64,000 bases of DNA, taken from NCBI GenBank assembly GCA_963667565.1, contig OY763415.1, positions 384,001 to 448,000 of the forward strand, read 5' to 3'. The translations under genes were made by a program, and so were the position numbers. Below are positions 19,169 through 28,775 of the stretch, piece by piece. The notes beneath the pieces were generated by a model, which was given only the letters and a program-made list of their open reading frames with translations, was not told the origin of the DNA and ran no database searches. Numbering within the stretch: position 1 is the stretch's first letter; every line of letters starts with the position of its first letter. Source of the stretch: Acholeplasmataceae bacterium (GTDB lineage Bacteria > Bacillota_I > Bacilli_A > Acholeplasmatales > Acholeplasmataceae).

Positions 19169-20215
19169 ATGTTTTCAATACCTGAATGGTTAAATTTCCA
19201 TGATCAAATTTCAAATGCCATCGATCAGTTTTTTAATTGGTTTAAACAAGTGTTTAGTTGGTTATTTGAAATTATCAGAGTCATTATTATTACATTATTG
19301 GATTTAGTCCAAAATATATTAACCCAAACACCTTGGTGGATATGGGGGGCATTAGTATTGGTATATGTTGGATTTACATTTTTTACAAAAATCAAAGCTA
19401 AAATTAAGTGGTTTGTCATCATATTGGTATTAATCGGATGGCTTATATTTCATAATGTTATGATCGAAAATCCAGCCGTAAATATGGATTTAGGTAACTT
19501 AACAACACCTTGGTGGATATTTATTGTGTTTTTATTTTTTGCAACCAAATATTTATACAAAGGTTATAAAATGGCTATTGTTTTATCGCTATTACTATTT
19601 TTAATTGGTATATTTGGAGTTTGGGATGCGATGCTTAGTACATTAGCGATTATTATTATTGCAGTGATGTTTAGTTTTATGATTGGTATTCCCTTTGGTA
19701 TACTTATGGCTAAATTCGTCCATGTTAAACGCATTATGGAACCCATTTTGGATATGATGCAAACCATTCCATCGTTTGTTTACTTGATTCCAGCGATTAT
19801 GTTATTTAGTATTGGTAGAGTACCCGCAACGTTTGCAACCATTATTTATGCAGTTCCGCCATTGATTAGACTTACCTATTTGGGTATCATCAATGTGGAT
19901 AAAGAAATGATAGAAGCAGGCCAAGCATTTGGATCTACACCAAGACAATTATTATTTAAAATACAAATACCTCAAGCACTTGCTACGATTGCAACAGGTT
20001 TGAATCAAACGACCATGATGGCTGTTTCTATGGTTGTTATTGCATCTATGATTGGTGCAGGTGGATTAGGTAGTATTGTACTAAGTGCAAATCAACAAAT
20101 CGCAATCGGTGATGGTTTTGTCGGAGGATTTGCAATCGTATTTTTAGCGATTATCCTAGATCGATTATTGCAAGGTGTTGCAAATAAAATTAAGTCTTCA
20201 AGAGGTGATCAATAA
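19169..20215 (+). CDS. Glycine betaine ABC transporter permease (ProW/OpuAB)
   Basis: PILDMMQTIPSFVYLIP, PPLIRLT.LGI, EAGQAFG and GLNQTTMMA.SMVVIASMIGAGGLG. Confidence 0.93.
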   Translation: MFSIPEWLNFHDQISNAIDQFFNWFKQVFSWLFEIIRVIIITLLDLVQNILTQTPWWIWGALVLVYVGFTFFTKIKAKIKWFVIILVLIGWLIFHNVMIENPAVNMDLGNLTTPWWIFIVFLFFATKYLYKGYKMAIVLSLLLFLIGIFGVWDAMLSTLAIIIIAVMFSFMIGIPFGILMAKFVHVKRIMEPILDMMQTIPSFVYLIPAIMLFSIGRVPATFATIIYAVPPLIRLTYLGIINVDKEMIEAGQAFGSTPRQLLFKIQIPQALATIATGLNQTTMMAVSMVVIASMIGAGGLGSIVLSANQQIAIGDGFVGGFAIVFLAIILDRLLQGVANKIKSSRGDQ

Positions 20216-21393
20216 TGGGTATGAACATATCAGTTAAAAATTTATCAATGATTTTTGGTACGGAAAAACAAAAAGCAGAAGCACTTAAACTGATTAACTC
20301 TGATATGAGTGTATCAGAAATTAAAAAACAAACAGGAGCGACTGTTGCTAACCGTAACGTTAATTTTGAAATTGAAGAGAATGAGATGTTTGTTATTGTT
20401 GGATTGTCTGGTAGTGGTAAATCAACCTTTATTCGTACACTAAATCTTCTTAATGTGCCAACACTGGGAACAATTACCATTGGTGGAGAAGAAGTCACTA
20501 AGATGAACAAAGAAACATTAAGATCATTTAGAAGAAATAAAGTATCAATGGTTTTTCAACATTTTGGTTTATTTAGTCACATGACAGTTTTAGGTAATGT
20601 CGAATATCCATTAGAAATCCAAGGCATTGATGCTAAATTAAGAAGAGAGAAAGCTTTAGAGTCAATAGAAAGTGTTGGATTAAAAGGATGGGGACAAAGT
20701 CTTATCAGTGAATTATCTGGTGGGATGAGACAAAGAGTGGGTTTAGCTAGAGCACTTACAAATAATCCTGAACTTTTATTGATGGATGAACCATATAGTG
20801 CACTAGATCCGCTGATTCGAAGAGATATGCAAAACGAGTTATTATCATTAGAGGATGACTCGCAAAGAACAATTGTATTTATCACTCATGATATGAATGA
20901 AGCCTTTCGACTCGGAGATCGTATTGCACTGATGAAAGATGGAGAAGTCGTGCAAATTGGTACACCAGATGAATTTTTTGACCATCCTGCAAATGATTAT
21001 GTTAAAGATTTTATTGCAGATGTTGATAAATCAAGAATACTTAAAGTTAGAAATGTGATGAGAAAAATAAGAAATACGGTTTTATATAATGAGTCTATCA
21101 AAAACGTTAAAGTTTTTCTAAATGAAAAAGACTTAGACTATTGTTATGTCGTAGATGAAAAAGATAAATTAATGGGTTATGTTGAAAAATCTAGCATCAC
21201 ACGAAGTAAAAAAGAAACCATCGAATCGTTTATAAAAACTGATGAGTATGTCATTGCAAAAAGAAACGATTATTTAAAAGATATATGGACACATTTAAAA
21301 GATACGACTTATGATGTACCTGTTGTTGATAACAAAGGTAGATTTCGTGGTGTCATCGGTCCTGATGATGTTTTAAAAGCATTATCAGATTGA
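20215..21393 (+). CDS. Glycine betaine ABC transporter ATPase with C-terminal CBS pair (ProV/OpuAA)
   Basis: GLSGSGKST, LSGGMRQRVGLARAL, LLMDEP.SALDPLIR and ITHD; CBS-like tail. Confidence 0.93.
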   Translation: MGMNISVKNLSMIFGTEKQKAEALKLINSDMSVSEIKKQTGATVANRNVNFEIEENEMFVIVGLSGSGKSTFIRTLNLLNVPTLGTITIGGEEVTKMNKETLRSFRRNKVSMVFQHFGLFSHMTVLGNVEYPLEIQGIDAKLRREKALESIESVGLKGWGQSLISELSGGMRQRVGLARALTNNPELLLMDEPYSALDPLIRRDMQNELLSLEDDSQRTIVFITHDMNEAFRLGDRIALMKDGEVVQIGTPDEFFDHPANDYVKDFIADVDKSRILKVRNVMRKIRNTVLYNESIKNVKVFLNEKDLDYCYVVDEKDKLMGYVEKSSITRSKKETIESFIKTDEYVIAKRNDYLKDIWTHLKDTTYDVPVVDNKGRFRGVIGPDDVLKALSD

Positions 21394-21395
21394 TA

Positions 21396-21424
21396 TTGAC
21401 AAATAAGTATTAAATGCGTATAAT
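21396..21424 (+). promoter_or_regulatory. Consensus sigma-A promoter for the T-box/trpB transcript
   Basis: TTGACA (21396-401), 17 nt, TATAAT (21419-24). Confidence 0.9.
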
Positions 21425-21430
21425 ATACAT

Positions 21431-21680
21431 AAATCAATGATTGGAAATAGTAAGTTTTTCTATTTTATTAAAGAGAGTATACGGTTGGTGTGAGTATATA
21501 TAAAAGGATTTACTGAATGGCTCCAAGAGAGGAAACTTGAAGTAAGTAGGGTTTCACGGGTACTCCCGTTATCGAGTTAAGATATGATTGTATCTGATGA
21601 GGGTTCATTTAATGAACTAAAATAAGGTGGTACCACGTTTATAACGTCCTTTATGCATTTTTGCATGAAGGACTTTTTTA
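21431..21680 (+). ncRNA. T-box riboswitch, Trp specifier (UGG)
   Basis: Stem I elements AGTA, AGAGA and GGTGTGA; GAA-TGG specifier (TGG at 21518-20); T-box AAATAAGGTGGTACCACG (TGGTACC at 21628-34); terminator GTCCTTTATGCA...TGCATGAAGGAC followed by a T run. Confidence 0.93.
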
Positions 21681-21788
21681 TTTTTTAAAGGAGGTATAAA
21701 ATGGGACCTTGAAGAGCTCTAAATTTTAAATTAAAAGATATAAGAAATAAAAAATATAATAAAAATCAAGAAAAAGGAAAACAAACAT

Positions 21789-22970
21789 ATGAATTTAGAA
21801 TTTGGAAGATTTGGTGGTCAATTTGTACCACCTCAAGTTGTCAAAGCATTAAATGAATTAGAAAAAGAATTTAATAAAGCAAAAGATGATCCAGAATTTA
21901 TTAAAGAATTTAAATATTATTTAAAAGACTATGTTGGACGTCCTAGTCCGCTATATTATGCAGAACAACTCACTAAGAAATTAGGTGGTGCAAAAATATA
22001 TTTAAAACGTGAAGATTTAAATCATACAGGTGCACACAAAATCAATAATACCATTGGTCAAATACTACTTGCAAAACGTATGGGCAAAAAAAGAATTATT
22101 GCTGAAACTGGTGCAGGTCAACATGGAGTTGCTACTGCAACTACTGCTGCAATGTTTGGTATGGAATGTGAGATATTTCAAGGTGAACTTGATACACAAA
22201 GACAAAGACTTAATGTCTTTAGAATGGAAATGTTAGGGGCTAAGGTTACACCCGTTACACAAGGTACAAGAACGTTAGCGGATGCAGTTGATTATGCGAT
22301 TAACGAATGGGTAAAACGTATTGATGATACATTTTATTTATTAGGAAGTGCTGTAGGACCTCACCCTTATCCAACCATTGTTAAGCATTTTCAAAAAATC
22401 ATTGGCGAAGAAGCAAAAGTTCAAATCCTAGAAAAAGAAAATAGATTACCAGACTACTTAATTGCTTGTGTTGGTGGTGGATCAAATGCGATTGGTCTAT
22501 TCACGGATTTCATTAAAGATGAGGATGTTAAGATTATTGGTGTTGAAGCTGCAGGTAAAGGGTTAAAAACAAAAGATCATGCAGCCACCATGACACTTGG
22601 CCGTGAAGGTGTGATTCATGGTATGAATACAAAAGCTATTTTTAATGAAGATGGTCAAGTCTCTCCTGTATATTCCATATCAGCAGGTCTTGATTATCCT
22701 GGTGTAGGACCTGAACATGCCTATCTTCAAGATATTAAGCGTGTGACATATGAAAGTGCAACTGATCAAGAAGCAGTAGATGCATTTTTAGAGCTTTCAA
22801 GAACTGAAGGTATCATACCAGCCATTGAATCATCTCATGCGATTGCTTATGCATTAAAACTTGCCCCTACGCTTGATAAAGATAAAATTATTCTAATTAA
22901 TTTATCAGGTCGTGGCGATAAAGATGTTGAAGCGATTGAAGCATTTTTAGAGGGTAGACCAACAGAATAA
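21789..22970 (+). CDS. trpB: Tryptophan synthase beta chain
   Basis: [15 protein letters not shown] (PLP lysine), [32 protein letters not shown] and LSGRGDKD. Confidence 0.97.
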   Translation: MNLEFGRFGGQFVPPQVVKALNELEKEFNKAKDDPEFIKEFKYYLKDYVGRPSPLYYAEQLTKKLGGAKIYLKREDLNHTGAHKINNTIGQILLAKRMGKKRIIAETGAGQHGVATATTAAMFGMECEIFQGELDTQRQRLNVFRMEMLGAKVTPVTQGTRTLADAVDYAINEWVKRIDDTFYLLGSAVGPHPYPTIVKHFQKIIGEEAKVQILEKENRLPDYLIACVGGGSNAIGLFTDFIKDEDVKIIGVEAAGKGLKTKDHAATMTLGREGVIHGMNTKAIFNEDGQVSPVYSISAGLDYPGVGPEHAYLQDIKRVTYESATDQEAVDAFLELSRTEGIIPAIESSHAIAYALKLAPTLDKDKIILINLSGRGDKDVEAIEAFLEGRPTE

Positions 22971-23006
22971 AAAAAGAGCACTTCATAAAAATGAAGTGCT
23001 CTTATA
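22970..23006. terminator. Bidirectional terminator between the convergent trpB and arsC genes
   Basis: AAGAGCACTTCAT-aaaa-ATGAAGTGCTCTT with an A run on the left. Confidence 0.85.
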
Positions 23007-23426
23007 TTAATCTAAATTAATTTCTTTTGATAAAATTCTTTCTTTTAAAGATTTGATCTTTTCTTCGATGATATCAGCGGTTTTAATAAATTCACTATCT
23101 GCTAAACCTGATGGATCATCAAGACCCCAATCTTCTCTATGTTTACAAGGGATAAATGGACATTCGACGTTACAGCCCATGGTAATTAATACATCAAATG
23201 CTTGTGGAAGGTCATCAATTAATTTTGAATGTTGAGTTTGATTCATGTCAACTCCAATTCTATCTTTGATGATTCTAACCGCATCTTGATTAATTTGTGG
23301 TTTGGTTTCTGTACCACCACTATAAGCATCAAAGAAGTCACCTTCTAGGTGTTTTGTTAATGCCTCAGCCATTTGACTTCTACAACTGTTGTGCACACAT
23401 ACATATGCTACGCTAACTTTTTTCAT
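23007..23426 (-). CDS. arsC: Arsenate reductase (LMW-PTP fold, thioredoxin-coupled)
   Basis: CVHNSCRSQMAE, ITMGC..ECP and DWGLDDP. Confidence 0.9.
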   Translation of the reverse strand: MKKVSVAYVCVHNSCRSQMAEALTKHLEGDFFDAYSGGTETKPQINQDAVRIIKDRIGVDMNQTQHSKLIDDLPQAFDVLITMGCNVECPFIPCKHREDWGLDDPSGLADSEFIKTADIIEEKIKSLKERILSKEINLD

Positions 23427-23434
23427 GTGATCTC

Positions 23435-23674
23435 CTATAATAATTCTTCAATGAATTTTTTGATTTCAGATACACTTGGTACTCTACCAGAAGAGACGAT
23501 TTTACCATCAATGATAAGTCCTGGAGTTCTAAGCAATCCACTATTTGTAATCTCAATCATATCTGTAATATATAATACATCAGCATCAACTGCAAGTTCT
23601 TTGACTGCTTGCTCAGTAAAATTTAGCAATTTTTTACAATTGGCGCATCCACCACCTAAAATTTTAAGTTCCAT
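23435..23674 (-). CDS. Small thioredoxin-like redox protein (MTH895/Thioredoxin_3 type)
   Basis: KILGGGCANC, TPGLIIDG and GRVP. Confidence 0.88.
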   Translation of the reverse strand: MELKILGGGCANCKKLLNFTEQAVKELAVDADVLYITDMIEITNSGLLRTPGLIIDGKIVSSGRVPSVSEIKKFIEELL

Positions 23675-23687
23675 ATATGCTCCTTTC

Positions 23688-24695
23688 TTATAAAAGTATA
23701 TTGAATAAATAACCCATAAGTATAATACTTATTGAGACGATTGCTATAAAAGTAAATAATAATTTTGGTTTAACAACTTTCTTTAACATAATCATCGAAG
23801 GAAGTGATAGTGCTGTAACAGCCATCATAAATGCTAGGACAGTACCAATACCGACACCTTTTAAGACAAGTGCTTCAGCAATTGGAAGTGTTCCAAAGAT
23901 ATCAGCATACATAGGAATACCTATGATTGTAGCAATAAATACAGAAAACGGATTATGACTACCTAAGATGGCCTCGACAAATGTTTGTGGGATGACACCA
24001 TGGATAAGTGCACCAATACCAACACCAATTAATATATATTTCCATACACGTTTGATAATATCGGTCACTTGATAAAGACTTTCTTTTACGCGTGCCTTAA
24101 AGGTAAGTTTTAAAATATCATCACCATCGATATAATTTGCATTTTTAATATAATCTTCGACATATTTATCCATCTTAAATAGATGAATGAGTGTGCCTCC
24201 AATGACGGCAATGATGATACCTACAATAACATATAATAATGCTATTTTCCAACCAAAGAAACTCGCGAGTAGTAAGACAGAAGCAAGATCAACTAGCGGT
24301 GAAGAAATTAAAAATGAAAACGTCACACCTACAGGTAAACCAGCTCTTGTAAAACCTATAAATATTGGAATTGATGAGCAACTACAAAATGGCGTTAATG
24401 TGCCAAGAAGTGCACCAAAGACATGTGATCCAAAGCCTTGATGTTTTGAGAGTATTTTCTTTGTTCGCTCAGGTGGAAAATAGGTTTGAATATATGAAGA
24501 TATAAAAATAAGAGTCATGAGTAATATAAATATTTTTATCGTATCATATATAAAGAATGATAATGATGTAAATAACTGTGAATCAATATCTAATTTAAAT
24601 AGATCAAGTAAGAGTTTGTTGACTAAATCTTGTAGCCATAACATTTTTAAAAATTGATCATTAAAAAAATTGAAAAAATCTGTTATAAATTGCAT
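23688..24695 (-). CDS. arsP: ArsP/DUF318-family permease
   Basis: TPFCSCSSIP, FLISSPLVD, GIPMYADIFG and ALSLPS. Confidence 0.85.
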   Translation of the reverse strand: MQFITDFFNFFNDQFLKMLWLQDLVNKLLLDLFKLDIDSQLFTSLSFFIYDTIKIFILLMTLIFISSYIQTYFPPERTKKILSKHQGFGSHVFGALLGTLTPFCSCSSIPIFIGFTRAGLPVGVTFSFLISSPLVDLASVLLLASFFGWKIALLYVIVGIIIAVIGGTLIHLFKMDKYVEDYIKNANYIDGDDILKLTFKARVKESLYQVTDIIKRVWKYILIGVGIGALIHGVIPQTFVEAILGSHNPFSVFIATIIGIPMYADIFGTLPIAEALVLKGVGIGTVLAFMMAVTALSLPSMIMLKKVVKPKLLFTFIAIVSISIILMGYLFNILL

Positions 24696-24970
24696 GATGA
24701 TGTTGATGTCTTAAGCGCTTGTAAATATGAAATCATGTCATCAATGACTTCTAGATTGACATGGTGCTTATGCCAAGTTCCTTCTTTCTTTGATGTTGTA
24801 AGTCCTGATTGTTTTAATAAATTTAAATGATATGACATGGTTGGTTGTGTAATTGGTAGTTGATCGATGAGTGTACAACCACATGTTTGTCCACTAATCA
24901 ATAATTTAAGAATTTTTAATCTGTTTTCATCAGAAATTGCTTTAAAAAGTAAAGCGTATTTATCATCCAT
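24683..24970 (-). CDS. arsR: ArsR/SmtB-family repressor
   Basis: FKAISDENRLKIL, TCGC and ITQPTMSYHL..LK..GL. Confidence 0.9.
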   Translation of the reverse strand: MDDKYALLFKAISDENRLKILKLLISGQTCGCTLIDQLPITQPTMSYHLNLLKQSGLTTSKKEGTWHKHHVNLEVIDDMISYLQALKTSTSSCNL

Positions 24971-24986
24971 TGTTGAACCTCCTTAA

Positions 24987-25049
24987 ATATAGATAAATAT
25001 CAATATAGATAACCATCTATATATTACACCTTTATATATAAAGAGTCAA
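24987..25049 (-). promoter_or_regulatory. ars promoter with tandem palindromic operators
   Basis: Minus-strand TTGACT, 17 nt, TAATAT (25049-25021); perfect ATATAGAT-aacc-ATCTATAT (25003-22) and imperfect ATATAGAT-aaat-ATCAATAT (24987-25006). Confidence 0.75.
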
Positions 25050-25108
25050 GAAGATTTTGACTTTTAAAAGTATGTGCTTACGTGTATAATAGTTTTGAGG
25101 TGTTAAAG

Positions 25109-25843
25109 ATGAATATAAACTTATCAAGTAAAAATTATTGTGAAGTGATTTTTAAAGATCAAAAGAAAAAAGATTTACTTTTGATTTTACCTGGTGGTGG
25201 ATATGAATATACATCCAAAAGAGAAGCATTACCTGTTGCAGAAACTTTTATGACACTTGATGTGCATGCGGCCATTTTTTATTATCGTGAAGAAAAATTG
25301 TTATATCCAATGATTATGGATGAAGCACTTGAACTTATTAAAAAACTAAAAGCACTAGCATTTGTTAATGATATTATCGTGATAGGTTTTTCAGCGGGTG
25401 GTCATTATGCAGGTCTTATGTTGACGCAATTACCATCCTATTTCAAAAAAGGACTCATGATCTATCCAGTGGTCTCTACACTCCCTAAGTTTGCACATAA
25501 GTCATCTTATGAGCAATTATTAGGTAAGAAATTTGATGATCATATGATTGATGAGATATCTATTGATTTGCAAGTTAATGAGAAGATGCCGCCCATTTTT
25601 TTAATGCATTCGATGGATGACGAAAGTGTCCCTGTTGAAAATTCTATAGATTTAATGAATGCATTGAAGAATAAAGGATGTTATGTAGAATCACATTTTT
25701 ACCCTACTGGTGGACATGGAATATCAGTTGTTACAAAAGAGGTTTGTACTCAAGATAATAAAGATGCATTCATGAATTCATTTGGATATATCCGTTCATG
25801 GGTTGACCTTGCAAAATCATTTATAGAAAGAGAAATCAAATGA
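25109..25843 (+). CDS. Alpha/beta hydrolase (esterase/lipase)
   Basis: PGGGY, GFSAGGH, D..VPVENS and GGHG; start at ATG 25109 after GAGGTG. Confidence 0.88.
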   Translation: MNINLSSKNYCEVIFKDQKKKDLLLILPGGGYEYTSKREALPVAETFMTLDVHAAIFYYREEKLLYPMIMDEALELIKKLKALAFVNDIIVIGFSAGGHYAGLMLTQLPSYFKKGLMIYPVVSTLPKFAHKSSYEQLLGKKFDDHMIDEISIDLQVNEKMPPIFLMHSMDDESVPVENSIDLMNALKNKGCYVESHFYPTGGHGISVVTKEVCTQDNKDAFMNSFGYIRSWVDLAKSFIEREIK

Positions 25844-26523
25844 CAAATATATTACTTAGTTTAAGAAGTTTTAATGATGAATCTATATATAAACCATTAT
25901 CTAAAATCATCAAAAAAGAGATGAAAGTTGCAGTATTAGTCTATTCATTTTTTGAGATGTTTTGTCCAACAAAAGAGATTTATGAATCTTATTATGAAGA
26001 AGGTAAAGAATACTATCAAAAAATATTAGAATCATTTAGTATTTTTGGTATCGATACCAAATCGTTATTATGGATTGATTATTATAAGGATAGTAAAGAG
26101 GATGCCATTAAGAAACTTGAAGAAGCAGATGTGATTTATCTCCCAGGTGGCGCACCAGATGAGATGATGGTTCGCATTAAAGAAAAAGCGTTATTAAATG
26201 CATTAAATGATCCTGATAAAATCTATGTTGGTGTTTCAGCTGGTGCGATGATTCAACTTGGATTATTCCATATCTCTGCTGATCATGAATATCCTAAATT
26301 TGGATTATATGATGGACTAGGACATGTTAATGACTTATTTATTGAAGTGCATTATCGCAGAAGAAGAAAACAAAAGTCAAGTTTAAGATATATGTTTAGA
26401 ACATATAAAAAACCAATCTATATCATTCCCAATGAAGGTGGACTGATCATAAAAGAGGGTAGGGTTACATGTATTGGAAATGCAAAACTATTTTATGATA
26501 AAAAAGGAATTGTGAAATCATGA
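25840..26523 (+). CDS. Peptidase S51 (dipeptidase E)-like protein
   Basis: ADVIYLPGG, GVSAGAM and EVHY. Confidence 0.8.
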   Translation: MTNILLSLRSFNDESIYKPLSKIIKKEMKVAVLVYSFFEMFCPTKEIYESYYEEGKEYYQKILESFSIFGIDTKSLLWIDYYKDSKEDAIKKLEEADVIYLPGGAPDEMMVRIKEKALLNALNDPDKIYVGVSAGAMIQLGLFHISADHEYPKFGLYDGLGHVNDLFIEVHYRRRRKQKSSLRYMFRTYKKPIYIIPNEGGLIIKEGRVTCIGNAKLFYDKKGIVKS

Positions 26524-27248
26524 GAAGATTCGTTATAATATATACGATTGCGAGTGTCTTTTTACTCGTGATTGTGACACTTATTGCAAGTTATAATCAC
26601 TATTTAGCACGTATCATTGATGTCTATAATGAGATATCAGAAGAAGCTGTTACCAATCAAAATTTTGATGATTATGTTGGTATTCAATCACTTTATTATA
26701 AAATGATTAGTGAAGAACAAGTAGGCGATTATCAGTTTTCTATTTATTTATCTGCAGGCTCTAATAACGAAGTGAGCTTGACACAACTATCCATCTATGT
26801 TTTACCGCTTCATGAAGTCACTTATGCATCTGCAGTTGATGATGCAAATGATCAAACAAATATCATATTTACTAATGATGATGAGAGCATTATTTATGCA
26901 CTTAATGAAGATGATAATTTTACAGGTGAAGCTATCAGCTATGGAATTGCAACCATTGGTTTTTACTACAGTGCAATTACATTAGAAGATTTCAAGAATA
27001 TTCATATTGAAGTCATTGATTATCATGGAAATAGTATTTATCAAACAAGTTATGATTATCAAAACCAATTAGATCCATCAGATTCACTCATCACTTTAGG
27101 ATTTGATGAAACTAGATTAAATGAACTCATCGATTTTAATACATATGTCAGACCACAAATTGTATCAAATGTCGGATTGTTCTTGATTGTTGATATTTTA
27201 CTTGGAACATTTATTTACTTTTATAGAAAAAAATCAAAGAAGTTATAA
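26520..27248 (+). CDS. Hypothetical surface protein with N- and C-terminal TM helices
   Basis: Hydrophobic ends flanking an acidic extracellular domain; basic C-terminal tail. Confidence 0.65.
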   Translation: MRRFVIIYTIASVFLLVIVTLIASYNHYLARIIDVYNEISEEAVTNQNFDDYVGIQSLYYKMISEEQVGDYQFSIYLSAGSNNEVSLTQLSIYVLPLHEVTYASAVDDANDQTNIIFTNDDESIIYALNEDDNFTGEAISYGIATIGFYYSAITLEDFKNIHIEVIDYHGNSIYQTSYDYQNQLDPSDSLITLGFDETRLNELIDFNTYVRPQIVSNVGLFLIVDILLGTFIYFYRKKSKKL

Positions 27249-27329
27249 ACTTCTTTTTTTTATTGCTTATTTTTAGGGTTTGTAAATTAAATAAATTCAC
27301 ATATAATTATAGTTGGAAGAGGTGAGGGC

Positions 27330-28637
27330 ATGAAATTAATTAGAACATGTGAAAAAACAAATGAATGGTTAAAAGAAGTAAAAATTGAATCAAATGAAAC
27401 TTATAAAACACAAGAGATTATCGTAGATCTTAATCATAAACTACAAGAAATCATTGGATTTGGTGGTGCATTCACAGAAGCTGCCATCTATAATCTATCG
27501 CGAATTGATAAAGCGAAAAGAGATTTAGCTCTACGCGCTTATTTTGATCCTGTTGATGGACTTGGTTATACGATTGGTAGAGTCTCAATTCACGGATGTG
27601 ATTTTAGTTTAGGAAGTTACTTATATATTGATGATTATGATGACACATTAGAATCGTTTTCAATCAAAAGAGATTTACCTATCATTAAAACGATTAAAGA
27701 TGCATCTAAATATGCAAAACAAGATGTTAAAATTTTAGCTTCTCCATGGACACCTCCATTTTGGATGAAAGATAATAGTTCACCAATTAGAGGCGGTAAG
27801 TTATTACCTAAATATGATCAAACATGGGCAAACTATTTTGTTAAGTTTATTGAAAACTATCAAAAAGAAGGTATAGATGTATTTGCAGTGACTGTTCAAA
27901 ATGAGCCGATGGCTGCACAAAGATGGGATTCATGTATTTATGAAAATGAAGATGAACTTAGATTTGTAAAAGTTTTAGGTAAAACATTTGAAGACAAAAA
28001 ATTAGAAGATGTTAAAATCTATATTTGGGATCACAATAAAGATGTGATGCTAGAACGTGCAACAGCTGTCTTAAGTGATAAAGAAGCATATAAATATGTC
28101 TATGGAACAGCATTCCATTGGTATGATAATGAAATGTTTGATGAAGTAAGAAAGACGCATGAAGCATTTCCTGATAAACACTTACTCTTTACAGAGGGAT
28201 GTCAAGAAAATGGACCTCATTTTCATGAATTTAAAGTTGGAGAACGATATGGAAGAAATATCATTCATGATTTAAAAAACTTTAATGAAGGTTTTATCGA
28301 TTGGAATTTATTTTTAGATGATACAGGTGGACCTAATCATGTGAACAATTTATGTTCATCACCTGTGATGTTTAAAATATATCATGAAGAGGTTATTCAT
28401 AATCCTTCATACTATTTTATTGGACAATTTTCAAAATATATAAGACCAGGTGCGAAACAAATTTTATCAACTGGTGATCATGATATTTATTATGTTGTTT
28501 TTGAAAATAAAGATGGAAGCTTAGTTGTTGTCATGATGAATGAACAAGAAGAAGCTTATGAAATAACGATTAAAGGATTAAAAGAAGATATTAAAGTAAC
28601 GATATTACCACACAGCATTCAAACCTTATTAATTTAA
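27330..28637 (+). CDS. Glycoside hydrolase family 30 (GH30_1/3 type; probable beta-1,6-glucanase or beta-glucosidase)
   Basis: GFGGAFTEA, CDFSL, ASPWTPP.WMK, QNEP (acid/base), FHWY, FTEGC (nucleophile) and DWNL..D..GGPNHV. Confidence 0.9.
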   Translation: MKLIRTCEKTNEWLKEVKIESNETYKTQEIIVDLNHKLQEIIGFGGAFTEAAIYNLSRIDKAKRDLALRAYFDPVDGLGYTIGRVSIHGCDFSLGSYLYIDDYDDTLESFSIKRDLPIIKTIKDASKYAKQDVKILASPWTPPFWMKDNSSPIRGGKLLPKYDQTWANYFVKFIENYQKEGIDVFAVTVQNEPMAAQRWDSCIYENEDELRFVKVLGKTFEDKKLEDVKIYIWDHNKDVMLERATAVLSDKEAYKYVYGTAFHWYDNEMFDEVRKTHEAFPDKHLLFTEGCQENGPHFHEFKVGERYGRNIIHDLKNFNEGFIDWNLFLDDTGGPNHVNNLCSSPVMFKIYHEEVIHNPSYYFIGQFSKYIRPGAKQILSTGDHDIYYVVFENKDGSLVVVMMNEQEEAYEITIKGLKEDIKVTILPHSIQTLLI

Positions 28638-28648
28638 TCATTTAAGAC

Positions 28649-28678
28649 AAGCACTTCTTGACTCAAGAGGTGCTTTTT
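28649..28678 (+). terminator. Intrinsic terminator after the GH30 gene
   Basis: AAGCACTTCTTGA-c-TCAAGAGGTGCTT followed by a T run. Confidence 0.8.
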
Positions 28679-28679
28679 A

Positions 28680-28760
28680 TGTAAGCGATTTTATTTTTTT
28701 TAATAAAAGGCTTTACAAATTTTTTTAAAATTATATAATAGTTATAGGAAACCGATTTCT
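28680..28760 (+). promoter_or_regulatory. Promoter of the GH94 operon with LacI/cre-type sites
   Basis: cre-like TGTAAGCGATTTTA (28680-93); TTTACA (28712-17), 16 nt, TATAAT (28734-39); GAAACCGATTTC (28748-59). Confidence 0.7.
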
Positions 28761-28775
28761 TTGAGGTAAAATTTG

